A DNA stretch of 59,218 nt, the filler included, from Basidiobolus ranarum (taxonomy: Eukaryota), in assembly GCA_040143965.1 (NCBI GenBank). It is 10 parts of 10 records of this genome, joined end to end, with 100 filler letters (N's around TTAATTAATTAA, not from the genome) between each part and the next. Parts side by side here need not be neighbours in the genome. Positions count along the whole stretch, not along the records: positions 1 to 5,850 come from JASJQH010001485.1; positions 5,951 to 11,795 come from JASJQH010001486.1; 8 more parts are not named here. One strand, written 5' to 3'. Position numbers and translations under genes: made by a program. Shown here piece after piece: positions 1 to 11,895 of this stretch. The first letter of the stretch is position 1. Every line of letters starts with the position of its first letter. The notes beneath the pieces are model-generated. The model was not told the DNA's origin and ran no database searches. It saw nothing but the letters and a program-made list of their open reading frames with translations.

Positions 1-296
1 GTTGTCATTAAAACAGGACAACCCCTCCAATACAGAGATGACCAGATAACATGGGTAGCAATACTGGATGACGTTATAGAGAATAATAATAATAATAACA
101 ATTAACATGCATTTCTTAGGGACCTTTAAATCAACTACAATTAATTACTACATCAGAAAATGCATAAGCAAAACCTGAACGCATCAGTAAAACATTGGAC
201 CATTTCGAATGGTTGAACCCCAATTTGTATACTTCAAAAAGCTCGCATACGCAAAGTCAAAGCATTTTCAACAGTTATCCTTTTTTTTTGAGTATA

Positions 297-1508
297 ATGA
301 GTGAAAGTAGACAAGAACTTCTTGCTTGGGTTAATGACCTTCTTCATCTTAACTATTCCAAAATAGAACAACTAGGAACTGGTATAGTTTAGTGCTTACG
401 TATTTGTGAATCAGTTGACTTTTAATTTCTAACTAAAGCGTACTTTCAGGTGCTGCCTATTGCCAGATTGTTGACTCTGTTTATGGTATTCAGCGTTGTA
501 TTGAATCTTCATATATGTAACTTCATACTGATACCTAATATCTCAATTTACAGGTGATGTTCCCCTTCCTAGAGTGAAATTTAACGCCAAACAAGACTAT
601 GAGTATCTTCATAATTTCAAGATATTACAGAATTCTTTTACAAAGCACAAGCTAGACAAAGTATGTTAATGCGTTCCAGATGATATATTCAGAGGATCTT
701 ATTCCTACATAGAACCTTATTTCTTTTCCAAACAAAAATCACTAAACTGCTATATTCAAGGCGATCCCCGTTGATAGCTTAATCAAGTGCCGTTTTGCCG
801 ATAATTTCTCTTTCTTGCAATGGTTGAAGCGTTTCCATGACACTAATGCTTCTAGTGAGTATGATCCATTAAGCAGACGTAAGGATGGCCCACCTGCTTC
901 AACGGCCACTCGCACGGCTGGTGTGCGTTCAGGAACACCATCTAGAAGATCTACCACTCCTTCTGGTAAGTGCAACCTCCAGTATATATATATGATAGTA
1001 TTATTCTAAGCCTCCACCTTGCCCATTTACAGAGAGGTCAGCCTCAAGAACTGGGAAAGTTGGGGTTGCCCGTCCTGGTTCCGCAACATCTAGAGCTGCA
1101 CCATCTGCTGACCAATCAGCCAAGATTGAGGAGCTTCAACGTGTCAATGTTGAACAACAAGCACAAATTGAAACTGTGGAGCGTGAGCGCGATTTCTACT
1201 ATGAGAAGTTGCGTGCTATAGAGGACTTGATGAATACCATTGATACCAATGAGAAGATTGCCACCCTTCTTAGAGGGCTTCACTCTGTTATGTATGGAAC
1301 TGAGGTAACTATTGTTTTCACCAGGGGTATTCTCTCAGAAAGCATCAACTAACTAGGGTTCAATCATGTTTAGGAGGGTTTTGTTCAGCAGGAAGAACAG
1401 ATAGATCCCGATCAAAGTCTTGTTGCAGATGATCTTTTAATGGAGCAGAATATCCAGAACATTCAAGACATCAGACTGCAAGATATCGATGAAGACGAGA
1501 CTTTCTAG
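297..1508 (+). CDS. BIM1: EB1/Bim1/Mal3-family microtubule plus-end tracking protein (6 exons: ~297-381, 450-485, 554-660, 761-965, 1033-1304, 1374-1508)
   Basis: Spliced translation gives the CH domain (MSESRQELLAWVNDLL...EQLGTGAAYCQIVDSVYGDVPLPRVKF...NFKILQ), the EBH motif ERERDFYYEKLRAIE and the C-terminal EEY/F-type tail DEDETF*. GT-AG introns keep the frame. Confidence 0.95.
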
Positions 1509-2218
1509 TTGTTTCTCCGAAGTTGTGTTTAGAAAGATTTTTTATTTATCGCTTGTTTCGTACACCTGTTTCGTACACGTACATAATTCTACTTCATGGT
1601 AATAGAAAATGACTATACCTTGATTCTCTATACCTGTACACATAAAATTCACCCAGATATTGAAGCATCATTTGCCTTTCCAATTGTTTCGCCCGTGTTG
1701 CTTGTTGCGCACACAACATCCTTCGTGAATAAATCGCTTATCACGTGAGTACAAGTGACAGTCACATCACAGTCACGACAAAGATGTGTGCAGATCCTGT
1801 AATAATCCTATCTTCCTTCATGTAAGGAGTCTGATACGATGTTTGTTCAGACCAAATATGATTGCGACCAAACACAGTCGGAGTAATCTTTTTGTGACAT
1901 ATCCAATATGCGTACTGGCGTACAGGTGTACAGGCGTGATGAGATCATAGAATAGACTCGGTTTAATCTGCAGTATATCAACAAATTCACTAACTACATT
2001 CGCTCAATTCGCTCTATAATATTCCTCGATTCGCTCCATACTACTCTTTCCTACACCGATTCTAATTTTCCCGTATATTGCATGCCCTCAAAAACTTCCT
2101 TTCTGATTCATAATTGCGCTGTATTTTTCGATTACTTGACGTGCTTGATTCTTCTGACTTGTTGCTCTTCATTACCTCCACTCATAACTCTTTAGAGACT
2201 CAGTCGAACCATTGAGCG

Positions 2219-3996
2219 ATGCTTTCATCTAACAACGGAGACAACCCGCCGATATACAAAACCGTAGGCCTTATCCTTGCCATATCAAGCGGTAACTTTA
2301 GCCTGATTTTCTTCAACAGTGCGAATGTTCTTTATCTAACTAGTTACCTAAGGCTTCTTTATCGGGTCCAGTTTCATAATCAAGAAGAAGGGTCTTCTTC
2401 AATCATACGCTTCAGGTAAGGTTCTTTTTCTTTGGCTTTCACTAATACGGGAACCTAATAAACCCCTTAGGCGGAGTTCCAGGCGAAGGCCACCCATATC
2501 TAAAATCTAAACTATGGTGGTCTGGAATGATTCTGAGTAGGTTTTTGACTATTAACTTTACCTTTATACTCTCTCTAACCAGTGATTCAATGGAACTATA
2601 GTGGTGGTAGGGGAGATCCTGAATTTTGTCGCTTATGCCTTCACTCCAGCCATACTAGTCACTCCTCTAGGAGCGTTAAGTGTTGTTGTCAGGTTGGTTG
2701 AATCTAACGATAAAGTGATTATGTTAACGTCAGCTGACCCTGGCTTTTCAATAGTGCCATTTTGTCTTCGATATTTCTTAAAGAGAAGTTAACATTTGTT
2801 GGGAAGATTGGCTGTGCTATCTGCATTGTAGGAGCAGTAATCATTGTTTTGCATGCACCAGAACAGAATGCACCAGCAACAATCACAGCATTTATGCAGT
2901 ATGCTATATCTCCAGGTATGGACAGTAGCGATGCTCCATCTCGGCCTTGAATACTAACATAATTTTAGTATTCATCACCTATGCGATTGTGGTTATTCTA
3001 GTCAGTCTTTTTTTGATCTTCTGGGTCGCACCTAAGTACGGAAAGAACAACATGATGGTATACATCAGCGTTTGTTCCCTAATCGGTTCGTTGTCAGTAG
3101 TTTGCACTCAAGGACTAGGCGCTTCGATAGTTTACTCCATTACTACCGAGAGTCAGTTCAAATATCCCTTCATCTATGCTTTGATCGTGTTTGTTGTCAT
3201 CACGTTGTTGGTTGAAGTGGATTATTTGAACAAAGCATTGAATTTATTCAGTACCGCCATTGTGACTCCCGTGTATTATGTGATGTTTACTACATGTACC
3301 ATTATGTCCACCGCTATCTTATTTCAAGGATTTCACGCCGAGACTTTGAATATCGTGACTGCAGTATGCGGTTTCTTGGTCATATGCGGAGGAGTACTCC
3401 TATTGCACATTTCCAAAGAAGCCGAGGAGGTGGTGGATGATTACCGCAGTGAATTGGATCCCGAGGTTGGCCAGATTGAAAAACCAACGCCGTTAAGGTT
3501 GGCCGATTCACCAAGAGTAGAACCAATGAACGAAACCACTCAAGAATCTATAGCATTAACTGACCTTACGACAGTGAATGCGGGTGCAGGTTCGGGAGTC
3601 CCTATACCTGCAACTACACTATCTCATCCAGCTACATTCCCACTTTTGCAATCTTCATCACTTTCACGTAGAAAATCCAACACTGAATTGATTAGCCGCT
3701 CACAAACGTTAATTGGTCCTACCAGTGGTTTTGACTCTCTAAAACGTACCCGTGGTAAAAGATCTTATACTCTAGATAGTCAAGATCCACGGGCTCCAAC
3801 GTCCTTAGGAATCAATGACCGTCAGTTAGCATTGATCCCTAGTGCGGCTCCAGGACTACTTCCAGGTGTCACAATGTCCCGAATTCGCTCCTTATCTTCA
3901 CTTAAATCCAACCGAAATGATTCAACGGAACATTCGGGAGGTACCACACTAGAGGCTCAGGCTGGCACAAGTTCCAACTCCCAATCTTCAAGTTAA
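2219..3996 (+). CDS. NIPA-family magnesium transporter (multi-exon)
   Basis: NIPA motifs across exons: GLILAISSG-FFIGSSFIIKKKGL, YLKSKLWWSGM, GEILNFVAYAFTPAILVTPLGALSV, YLNKALNLFSTAIVTPVYYV. Disordered C-terminal tail. Confidence 0.92.
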
Positions 3997-4943
3997 AAGT
4001 TCATACACGTGTGAGTCTATATATATATATCCTATTATATTTTCCATTAGAAATGTCATTGTAACTTTCGTTTAATTTTTCAATTATTAAAACCATTCAA
4101 TTCAACATGAACTATGACTTAAGTGTGGTAGATAATCATGTGTCGTGTGTACTTTGAGTATAAATTATCTATGGAAAATAGTGGTGTACACCCAGTCACC
4201 ATTATTAGCGCCTTTCAAAAGAGTCTACTGATATATCTTCAATATCTGATGACTAGTGGAGGAGCTTATCTTGATTACTTGGCTTAATTTTGACTTTTGT
4301 CCCTTATGTAAATTTTCTCTACAGTTTCCAGTGATTTCGCTATATCCTGATTTAACTGTAACTGTACGTTACTCTGACTCTAAAGTAGGAAAAGGTAGCA
4401 TTATAATTCTAGTTGTAAGTCTATCAGCTATCAAATACCTGGTGAGTTAAGCATGATATATAAATAGCTGGATGCTAGACTGTGACAAGTCTGCACTCCC
4501 ACTCAATTCATTATTTATATCTATCAATCCACAATTACTTACAAATATATCTTTTGCTAATAACTTAATAGTCATATTTTCTTTTATCTCTTTCATAAGA
4601 TATTAGTCTAACTAGGTATACACTACTAGTTTCTATCCGGTTTCAATTATGTTTCTAAGCTGTCGGATCCTGATGACTTCGACACATATATGATCTGACA
4701 GAGTATGCATATGTCGACGTCAGCTTATTATGTACTATAATGAATGAAGTTCTTATCATATATATATTCTTTAAGTTTAGTGTAGTACTGGTGTATTATA
4801 AATGAAGGTTGTAATAGCACTACCCGATTCATATTAAAAATGAAGAGTTCTATTAACTGCATCCATCATAATAAACATGATAACTCTAAGTACAATATGC
4901 AAAACCTTTCAATATTAATAGTAACTTGATGGTATGGAGAAGG

Positions 4944-5107
4944 ATAGGAGGCGGCGCATAGCGCTCACCTCCCACAAACAAAAATTTAACAGTCGAGACA
5001 CCCCGAAGGATGTTCACGTCCAGGACTCTGAGACGCTGTGCAATGCTCAAATTCCTAGACGAAGAGCCCACCTACATGATCGTAGGCTCCCCCTGCCAGG
5101 TAAGTAT
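4944..5107 (-). ncRNA. U1: U1 spliceosomal snRNA (~164 nt, short non-yeast type)
   Basis: Minus strand begins ATACTTACCTGGCAGGGG (5' splice-site pairing end). It has loop I GATCATGTAG, loop II ATTGCAC (U1A site), Sm site AAATTTTTG and a terminal hairpin GGGAGG-TGAGCGCTATGCGCCG-CCTCCT. Confidence 0.95.
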
Positions 5108-5475
5108 GCTTGTTACGTAATATATTGACCAAGTTTTAATTGGAAATTTTTGTGTTGTTTATTGTGGGATGAGATATAATAGCAAACACTGCCATAATAA
5201 ATCTGCTTTTCACAAGATTTGAATAATTACTAGCTTACAGATAAAATAAGACACGTTTGTCATTAATTAAACAATTAAACATTTAAGAGTACTTCCTTTA
5301 TTGCGACACCTTGTGCTCTGATTGATATCAAAGATCTAACAGGCATAATTCCTGCTTTGGTAGGTACATATGATCTAATGACTCCGTCTTGAAAATAAAT
5401 TTGAAGAAGGTAAATACCAGGAATAGATTAGAATAAACTGACAATCAGAACCAAATAGTAATCAATGAAAAAAGT

Positions 5476-5547
5476 TGCCTACTGCCGGGATTGAACTGGC
5501 GACCTTCAGTTTAGGATACTGACGCGCTACCGCTGCGCTAAGCTGGC
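5476..5547 (-). tRNA. tRNA with anticodon CCT (reads AGG, Arg); body resembles elongator tRNA-Met
   Basis: GCCAGCT-TA-GCGC AGCGGTA GCGC-G-TCAGT ATCCTAA ACTGA-AGGTC-GCCAG TTCAATC CCGGC-AGTAGGC-A folds as a cloverleaf with one acceptor-stem and one T-stem mismatch. A and B boxes are present, and a T6 Pol III terminator follows (5468-5473). Confidence 0.85.
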
Positions 5548-5740
5548 TTTGTTACTGATGTTGAAAACGAGTTTTGTAGGTAAATACTAACTGCTTATTT
5601 CGTAATTTTTAGCATGCCATTTTATAGGCGAAAATCGTGACTGTTAAAATCGAAATCGGATGGGTGAAATTGGTGGCTTGTAGCACTTTTCTGAGCATAA
5701 AAGTGCGATGGGCTCCAAAATGGTTTTCAACACGCTACAA

Positions 5741-5850
5741 CTGTTGAAATTAGCATTGCCTAAACACCTATATAGTCATATATAGCTTAGTACTTAGTTA
5801 TCTTATAATTCACTAAGATATTATCAATTATTCTCAATCGGAATTTACTT
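5741..5850 (+). repeat. Dispersed AT-rich repeat family, copy cut by contig end
   Basis: CTGTTGAAATTAGCATTGCCTAAACACCTATATAGTCATATATAGCTTAGTACTTAG... is near-identical to 41355-41471 and to the reverse copy at ~30230-30342. Confidence 0.9.
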
Positions 5851-5950
5851 NNNNNNNNNNNNNNNNNNNNNNNNNNNNNNNNNNNNNNNNNNNNTTAATT
5901 AATTAANNNNNNNNNNNNNNNNNNNNNNNNNNNNNNNNNNNNNNNNNNNN
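5851..5950. other. Artificial contig linker (also at 11796-11895, 17739-17838, 23679-23778, 29616-29715, 35545-35644, 41472-41571, 47391-47490, 53307-53406)
   Basis: Identical N44-TTAATTAATTAA-N44 six-frame-stop spacers. Flanking contigs shrink monotonically from 5850 to 5812 nt. Confidence 0.99.
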
Positions 5951-8900
5951 TAAGGAAATTCTATTCTCTCTGAGATACATGAAAGGAATCTTAACTGGAC
6001 TTGGGGTTACATCAAGGAACGACGAGACGACAGAAAAGCCTATATCCCGCTATATGTTGATTCCAAACTGGATAGACTTAATGCTCAAGTAAACTAATAA
6101 CATAGAATTAAGGTTCAACTGTAGCATAGTTGATGAAGTAGTTACTTCCTTTTTAGGGACAAGAAAAGCTTGCTGCACTCGAGTACAAATTGTCATTTGA
6201 AGATATTCGGTTTTACCGATCAATCGCACAAAGACAACTCAAAAGAGAAAAGGCCCTGATAGGTACATTTCGAGTGTTTTCAACCTTTTATAGCATGATT
6301 TTAATTCACTGGTGTTAGCTAAAAAACGACAAAGTGAGAAACCTAAAGGTTGGTTTGGTTGGTTGGGATGGTCCAATTCGGTAAGTGGCATAAGTCTCTT
6401 ATGAAAAGGAAACGACCAGAGAGCTAACTGTAAATATTTAACTGTTTAGGGAGAAGGGGAGAAAGATCCTGAAGCACTTTCGGAAAAGCAAAGACAGGAG
6501 CTCTATGATACTATTGACTTTGATGAAAATCTCCCCGTGTCTGCTTTTGAAATTCCTAGCGAGGTTCGATAATGGTTTTTTTGTTATTTAAAAATACCTA
6601 GCAGACACTTACTCAATAATCTCATTTCAGTGTGTAATACTTTCAATTACCACTCAACTCAAAACTGGATCTTTGGCGTTGAGACAATCTCCTCATGGGT
6701 CGGGTTATAGGTCGAATAGGGATATAGCCTCACTAGTATTTGACACCGTTACTCTGGAGTTCTTAAATAGGCCGGATTCGTTTAAGGCAGCAGTATCTTT
6801 GAAGGGGTTAAATCTTTATGATGGTGCTACTGAGGGAACACTTTACCCTTTGCTTATGCGTGTTCAAGAAGACAGCGGGGAAACAACTGAAGAACTACAG
6901 TTCACTATCCTCGATGAAAAGTAAGTTATGCCTGATGTCATTAGATATATATATAGCAACTAATTCAAAATGTTAGTGCTCATGCCCTTGGTATTCAAGA
7001 CCACGAAAATCCATTCTTTAGATTAATTTTCGAGCACAATCCCTTGGATGACCGAGCAGATGATGCTTTAATCATAAAGATGCGAAATCTTGAAGTATAT
7101 TACAACAATCAAGCAATTGATGCAATCTTAAAGTTCTTGAGACCTCCTGTGTCAACACTTGAATCCATGACTGTCTTGATGGTATGTGTCCATTGGTTTA
7201 CACACTTTTTGCTATTTCTTATCGTCCCTGATTTTAATAGGAAGCAGCTGGAAACACCATTGATGAATTGAGTCAACAAACTAGGGCAAGCTTACAATTT
7301 GCTTTAGAGGAACATAAAACTCTTGATGTGAAGATCGATATCAATGCCCCTATATTTATCTTTCCTGAAAGGTACTCATAGCATTACTTATAACTATAGC
7401 ATGCAGCATTTTGATTTACAATTATATATTAGTTGCACGGATCCAAACTCCCATGTTGTTGATGTTGATTCAGGGCATATTCTGGTGAAAAGTGAGTTGG
7501 TAAGCAAAGAGCAAAAGCAGGAAGTAGACGAAAAGGTTGGAAAGCAGCTCAATCAAGAAGAAATGAAGGCCTTGGAAAACTTGATGTATGACAAATTTGC
7601 TGTTGATATGACATCTGTACAGGTATTTATATTCTTTGCAGGCTTCTTACCAATCGAGCTCAAGTCATCAAACTAATATATTTAAATCTTTCAAATAGAT
7701 TTTAGTGGGACAATCAGTCAGAGAATGCTTAGAAAAAATAAACGAGCCTGACGCCGAACACACAGATGAGGATCTTCACGTTGTCGATAGAATCAATATG
7801 TCATTCTCTGTCGGGGTATCTATTCTACCAAAAGCTTCCAATATAACTGGACTTAAGATTTCTGGAAATTTACCATTACTGAAAGTAAATTTCTCCGACC
7901 GAAAATACAAGTGTATCATGCGTCTTATAGACTTGGTGATAGGGGGTTTGGACGAAAAAGAAGATTCTGACACAGTCAGTGTCAACAACGTCTGGGAGCA
8001 CTATTCTGCAGTAAAAACACCTACAACTAACATAATGGGATTCAATTTTGGAAAGCAAAATGAAGACCCGAATGATTTGTATATTAGATACGAATCTGAC
8101 CTGGATAGTAATGAATTTTACGACACTCAGGAGTCCCCGGTAATTGTTTGTTACTTTACGTGATTGTATTCAGGTTCAAAGCGTGTTGACATTTGTTCTT
8201 AGGATGATAGTATCTCTAGTAAATTCAAGAATCCCGAGCGTAAAGAACTTGAGTTTACATTTCAGATCGAGAAACTGACGGCATCTCTGAAAAAAGCTGG
8301 GAAAGATCATGACTCTAAAGAAGTAATCTTGGCAGAGTTGTACCTCAATCAATTTGAACTATGCCTTATTACAAGGACTTTTGATATCGAAGCCACGGTA
8401 AAGGTGAAATCTTTATTAGTAGAAGATATGATGGATCCTGGCGAGAATTTCAAGCAAATGGTTACTTCTGAGGTCGACAAGACAAATGAGTTAACCCAGG
8501 ATCTTTTAACTGTGGTTTATCGCAGTGTCAAACCTGAATCACCCGAATATGATTCAATAGACCAATCATTGGATATTGCCTTTTCTTCAGTCAATATTGC
8601 AATCACCAGCAAAAGTGTTCTAACTTTATACGACTTCATTCTTGTTACATTTGTCGATGATGACGACCCTGAGCATAGTGGACAAAGAGAGAGTCTTCAA
8701 CCGAACTCTCCACAAAGCCCAGGTTCGTCAAATTCTGGGAATCCTTCTGCCACAACAGGTACAATTAAAATCAAGGCAGAAATGAATAAGATCAATTTCA
8801 TTCTCAATAACGAAGGGACACGGCTTTCGACCATCTCTCTGTCCAAAGGAAATGTTTCTATATTCTTACAACAAGAAACACTTCGTGTTAGTGCACAACT

Positions 8901-11795
8901 CGGAAACATATCTATTGTTGATGATATGATGCACATGGAGAAAGATAATCTAGAGAACTTCAATCAGCTGGTAGCCATCCGAGGAGATGATCTGGTGGAT
9001 TTTCGGTATGAAACATTCAGTTCCGATAGCCAACAAGAAAGCTACCCTGGTTATGATTCCTCAGTATACCTTCGCCTTGGTTCAGTTCAAATCACGTTTT
9101 TGGAAAGCGCTATCCGAGAGATTATGTCGTTTGGTAGTAAATTTGCTGAAATGCATATGCTATTCGAGTCAGCTAGACAAGCTGCTACTCAATCGGCTGC
9201 TCAGTTGCAAAACCAAGCATCTAAAATGCACTTTAATATCGCAATAAAGTCACCAGTGGTGATTTTCCCTAGAGGTGGATCGCATTCCAAGGACACATTA
9301 ATTGCTAACCTTGGCGAGATTTCTTTCGAAAATAACTTCGCTGAGAATCCTGAAGGAACAAAGGGGGCATTCTTAAGTAAACTAAACTTAGACGTCCACG
9401 AGATACGGTTGACGTCCTCGTTCTATCTAGAGGAAAATTCCCCACAAATTCTCCAGATGATTGATGATGTAGATATAACACTCAAAATGGTATACGGAGA
9501 GCATGTTAAAGGATCCAAGCGACCCGACACCGAGGTAAAACCCAATAAGTACCCAGAGAAAATAGAAACCACTTAACTAATAATCTTATTGTGTCACTCT
9601 TATAGATAGTTGGTGATATCTCGGATATCAAGATGAATTTAACTGAGCAACAGTACGTATTCTTGTTTGAGGTCTTCAACTCTGTTGCTACTGCATTTGG
9701 AGGCTCCTCCGAGGGCCCCAAAGAAGCAGCTAGACAGGATATTGCTGCAGCGCCAATAGATTCTCACGATGTTGAGAATATTCCAGTCCCAAAGGTTGAA
9801 GATGGGACATGGATTTCTCTAGATTGCATATTTTCTTTGAACACAATATACCTTGAGATCTTTGCTTCTAGCGGGAACCAAAAGAAGGAAATTTCAAAAG
9901 CAAGTCTATGTCGTTTTGCTTTAAATGAAACTTCACTGAAGTATCAGATGTTGACCGATGGATCTTCTAGTGCAGAACTTCAAATTCATTCATTGGAAGT
10001 AACAGACACTCGCCCAAACCCAGATAATAAATTCAAGGAAATTATCCCTGCCGTCTCGTACGATGATCCACAATTCATGACGTTTGTTCGTATGGAGGCA
10101 TCCGGTGATATGGATTTGACAATAACAATCGACTCACCAAAAGTTATATTGGTTTTGGACCAATTGTTTGCCATTAGGGACTTCTTCTTCGCTGCTTTCC
10201 AGCAAGAACCAACAGCTGAAGACAAGAACAATCAGCTATCACGGGAGAACAAGGCCCCTGCTCAAACACCACAAAATGGGAAACTTACCTACAATGTTAA
10301 TATCGTTGATGCAGAAATCCTTTTGTTGGGAGATGCGCACAAACTTACCTCCGAAGCTATGGTACTTTCTGCTTCACATATTGCAATTCAACAACAAGAA
10401 CAAATGGATCTAAGCGCCACTCGTATTGGCGTGTTTTTGTGTCGAATGGATAAACGCGAAAAATCCCTTCGTATTATCGACAGCTTTGACGTACATTTAA
10501 GTCACAACAGCGGAACCTCCCCTGAGGATCAAATCATGCAAACAGTCATTGATATTGATGTTCAGCCATTTATAATAAGAGTTTCTTATCGGGATATCTT
10601 GATATTCACCAATATCATTAACAAGGCTTCGGAATTGCTTTATCAAACAGGCGCTGATGATACAACCCTAGCTCAGCCCAATACCCCAAACCAGATTGAA
10701 CTGGAACCACCCAAACAGGATAGGAATGCTGATACTCCTCGGTTGAGTGATGATTCGACATCGTCTACCAAATCTCCAAAGGAACTGGTGGACAACGGAA
10801 CATCACCACGCACTCGAGAATATCTAAAAGTCAACCTGGACGAAATCCAGATTGTGTTTATCCGAGATTTTAATGACTTGCCGATTCTGGATATTCATAT
10901 AGCTAAATCTGTTATTGGTGTGGAGAATTGGTCTACCTGGATGAAAGCAAGCACCGATATCAAAATGTTTGCAAACATGTTCAACATCAAGAATTCTCAT
11001 TGGGAACCATTGATAGAGCCTTGGGATTTCGTGGTCAATCTCTCGTGTCCGTCTGAACCACCCATGACAGATATTGAGTTTATTTCCAAAACCCAATTTG
11101 AAGTGAACATTACTCATCAATTTTTGGAGACTGCCCTTAGCATGTCGGAAGTATTTGATGGGACCGAATCCTCTTTAGAAACTGCGCGGGGTGTTGCTGT
11201 TCCTTATTTGCTGAAAAATTGCACCGGACTTGACATATCTGTTTGGGCTGAACCCGACTCTGATAATGATGATAACAGCTCCTCTATATACAAGCCTAAG
11301 ATTTACCAATTGGAAAACGGGACTGAACTCCCTTGGAGATTCCGAGACTGGATTAAATCGCGTGAAACAATAGTGTCTCAAAGAAATCGACTTGGAATCC
11401 AATTCTCGGATTTACCATGGGAATGTATTAACAACATCCCAGTAGACACTGAAGGTACACACACCTATTTACTCCGTCCTAAGATTGAAAACGTTGCGCA
11501 TAGATTGGTTTGTGAAGTGGTTTTGAAAGGTTCAACGAAAATTGTCACCTTCCGGTCCCCAATTGTCATTGAAAATCGCACCAAAGTCCCACTAGAGATG
11601 GCGATGGTTAATTATCAGGGTGAGATCGTTTCTTCTTCTCTAGTAGTAGCTCCTGGCGAAAACTATCCTGTTCATATTATATCCGGCTACGATAATGCGG
11701 TCAAGATGAAACCAGCCGCAAATGACGATTACACCTCGGGGACTTCAATGGTTCGGTTGCAAAGGAGAACTTAGGAGAGAGCGGGGAATGCGGCT
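5951..11795 (+). CDS. VPS13: VPS13 lipid-transfer protein, internal fragment (~10 introns; both ends missing)
   Basis: WTWGYIKERRDDRKAYI, NRPDSF, TRASLQFALEEHKTLDVKIDINAPIF, FNIKNSHWEPLIEPW, PYLLKNCTG, HRLVCEV...KIVTFRSPIVIENRT are typical of fungal Vps13. Confidence 0.93.
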
Positions 11796-11895
11796 NNNNN
11801 NNNNNNNNNNNNNNNNNNNNNNNNNNNNNNNNNNNNNNNTTAATTAATTAANNNNNNNNNNNNNNNNNNNNNNNNNNNNNNNNNNNNNNNNNNNN

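Noticed and set aside
4934-5128. Short ORFs on both strands with a perfect CAG|GTAAGTAT donor
   Set aside because: This is the U1 snRNA gene and its antisense; the 'donor' is the complement of the U1 5' end.
5851-5950. Regularly spaced TTAATTAATTAA palindromes in N runs
   Set aside because: Artificial concatenation linkers. Gene neighbourhoods across them are meaningless, and ORFs ending in X...LIN or X...N are artefacts.
11735-11795. Premature stop truncating VPS13 at 11774
   Set aside because: It falls in the last ~60 nt of a contig where similarity and composition change abruptly; probably a low-quality end.
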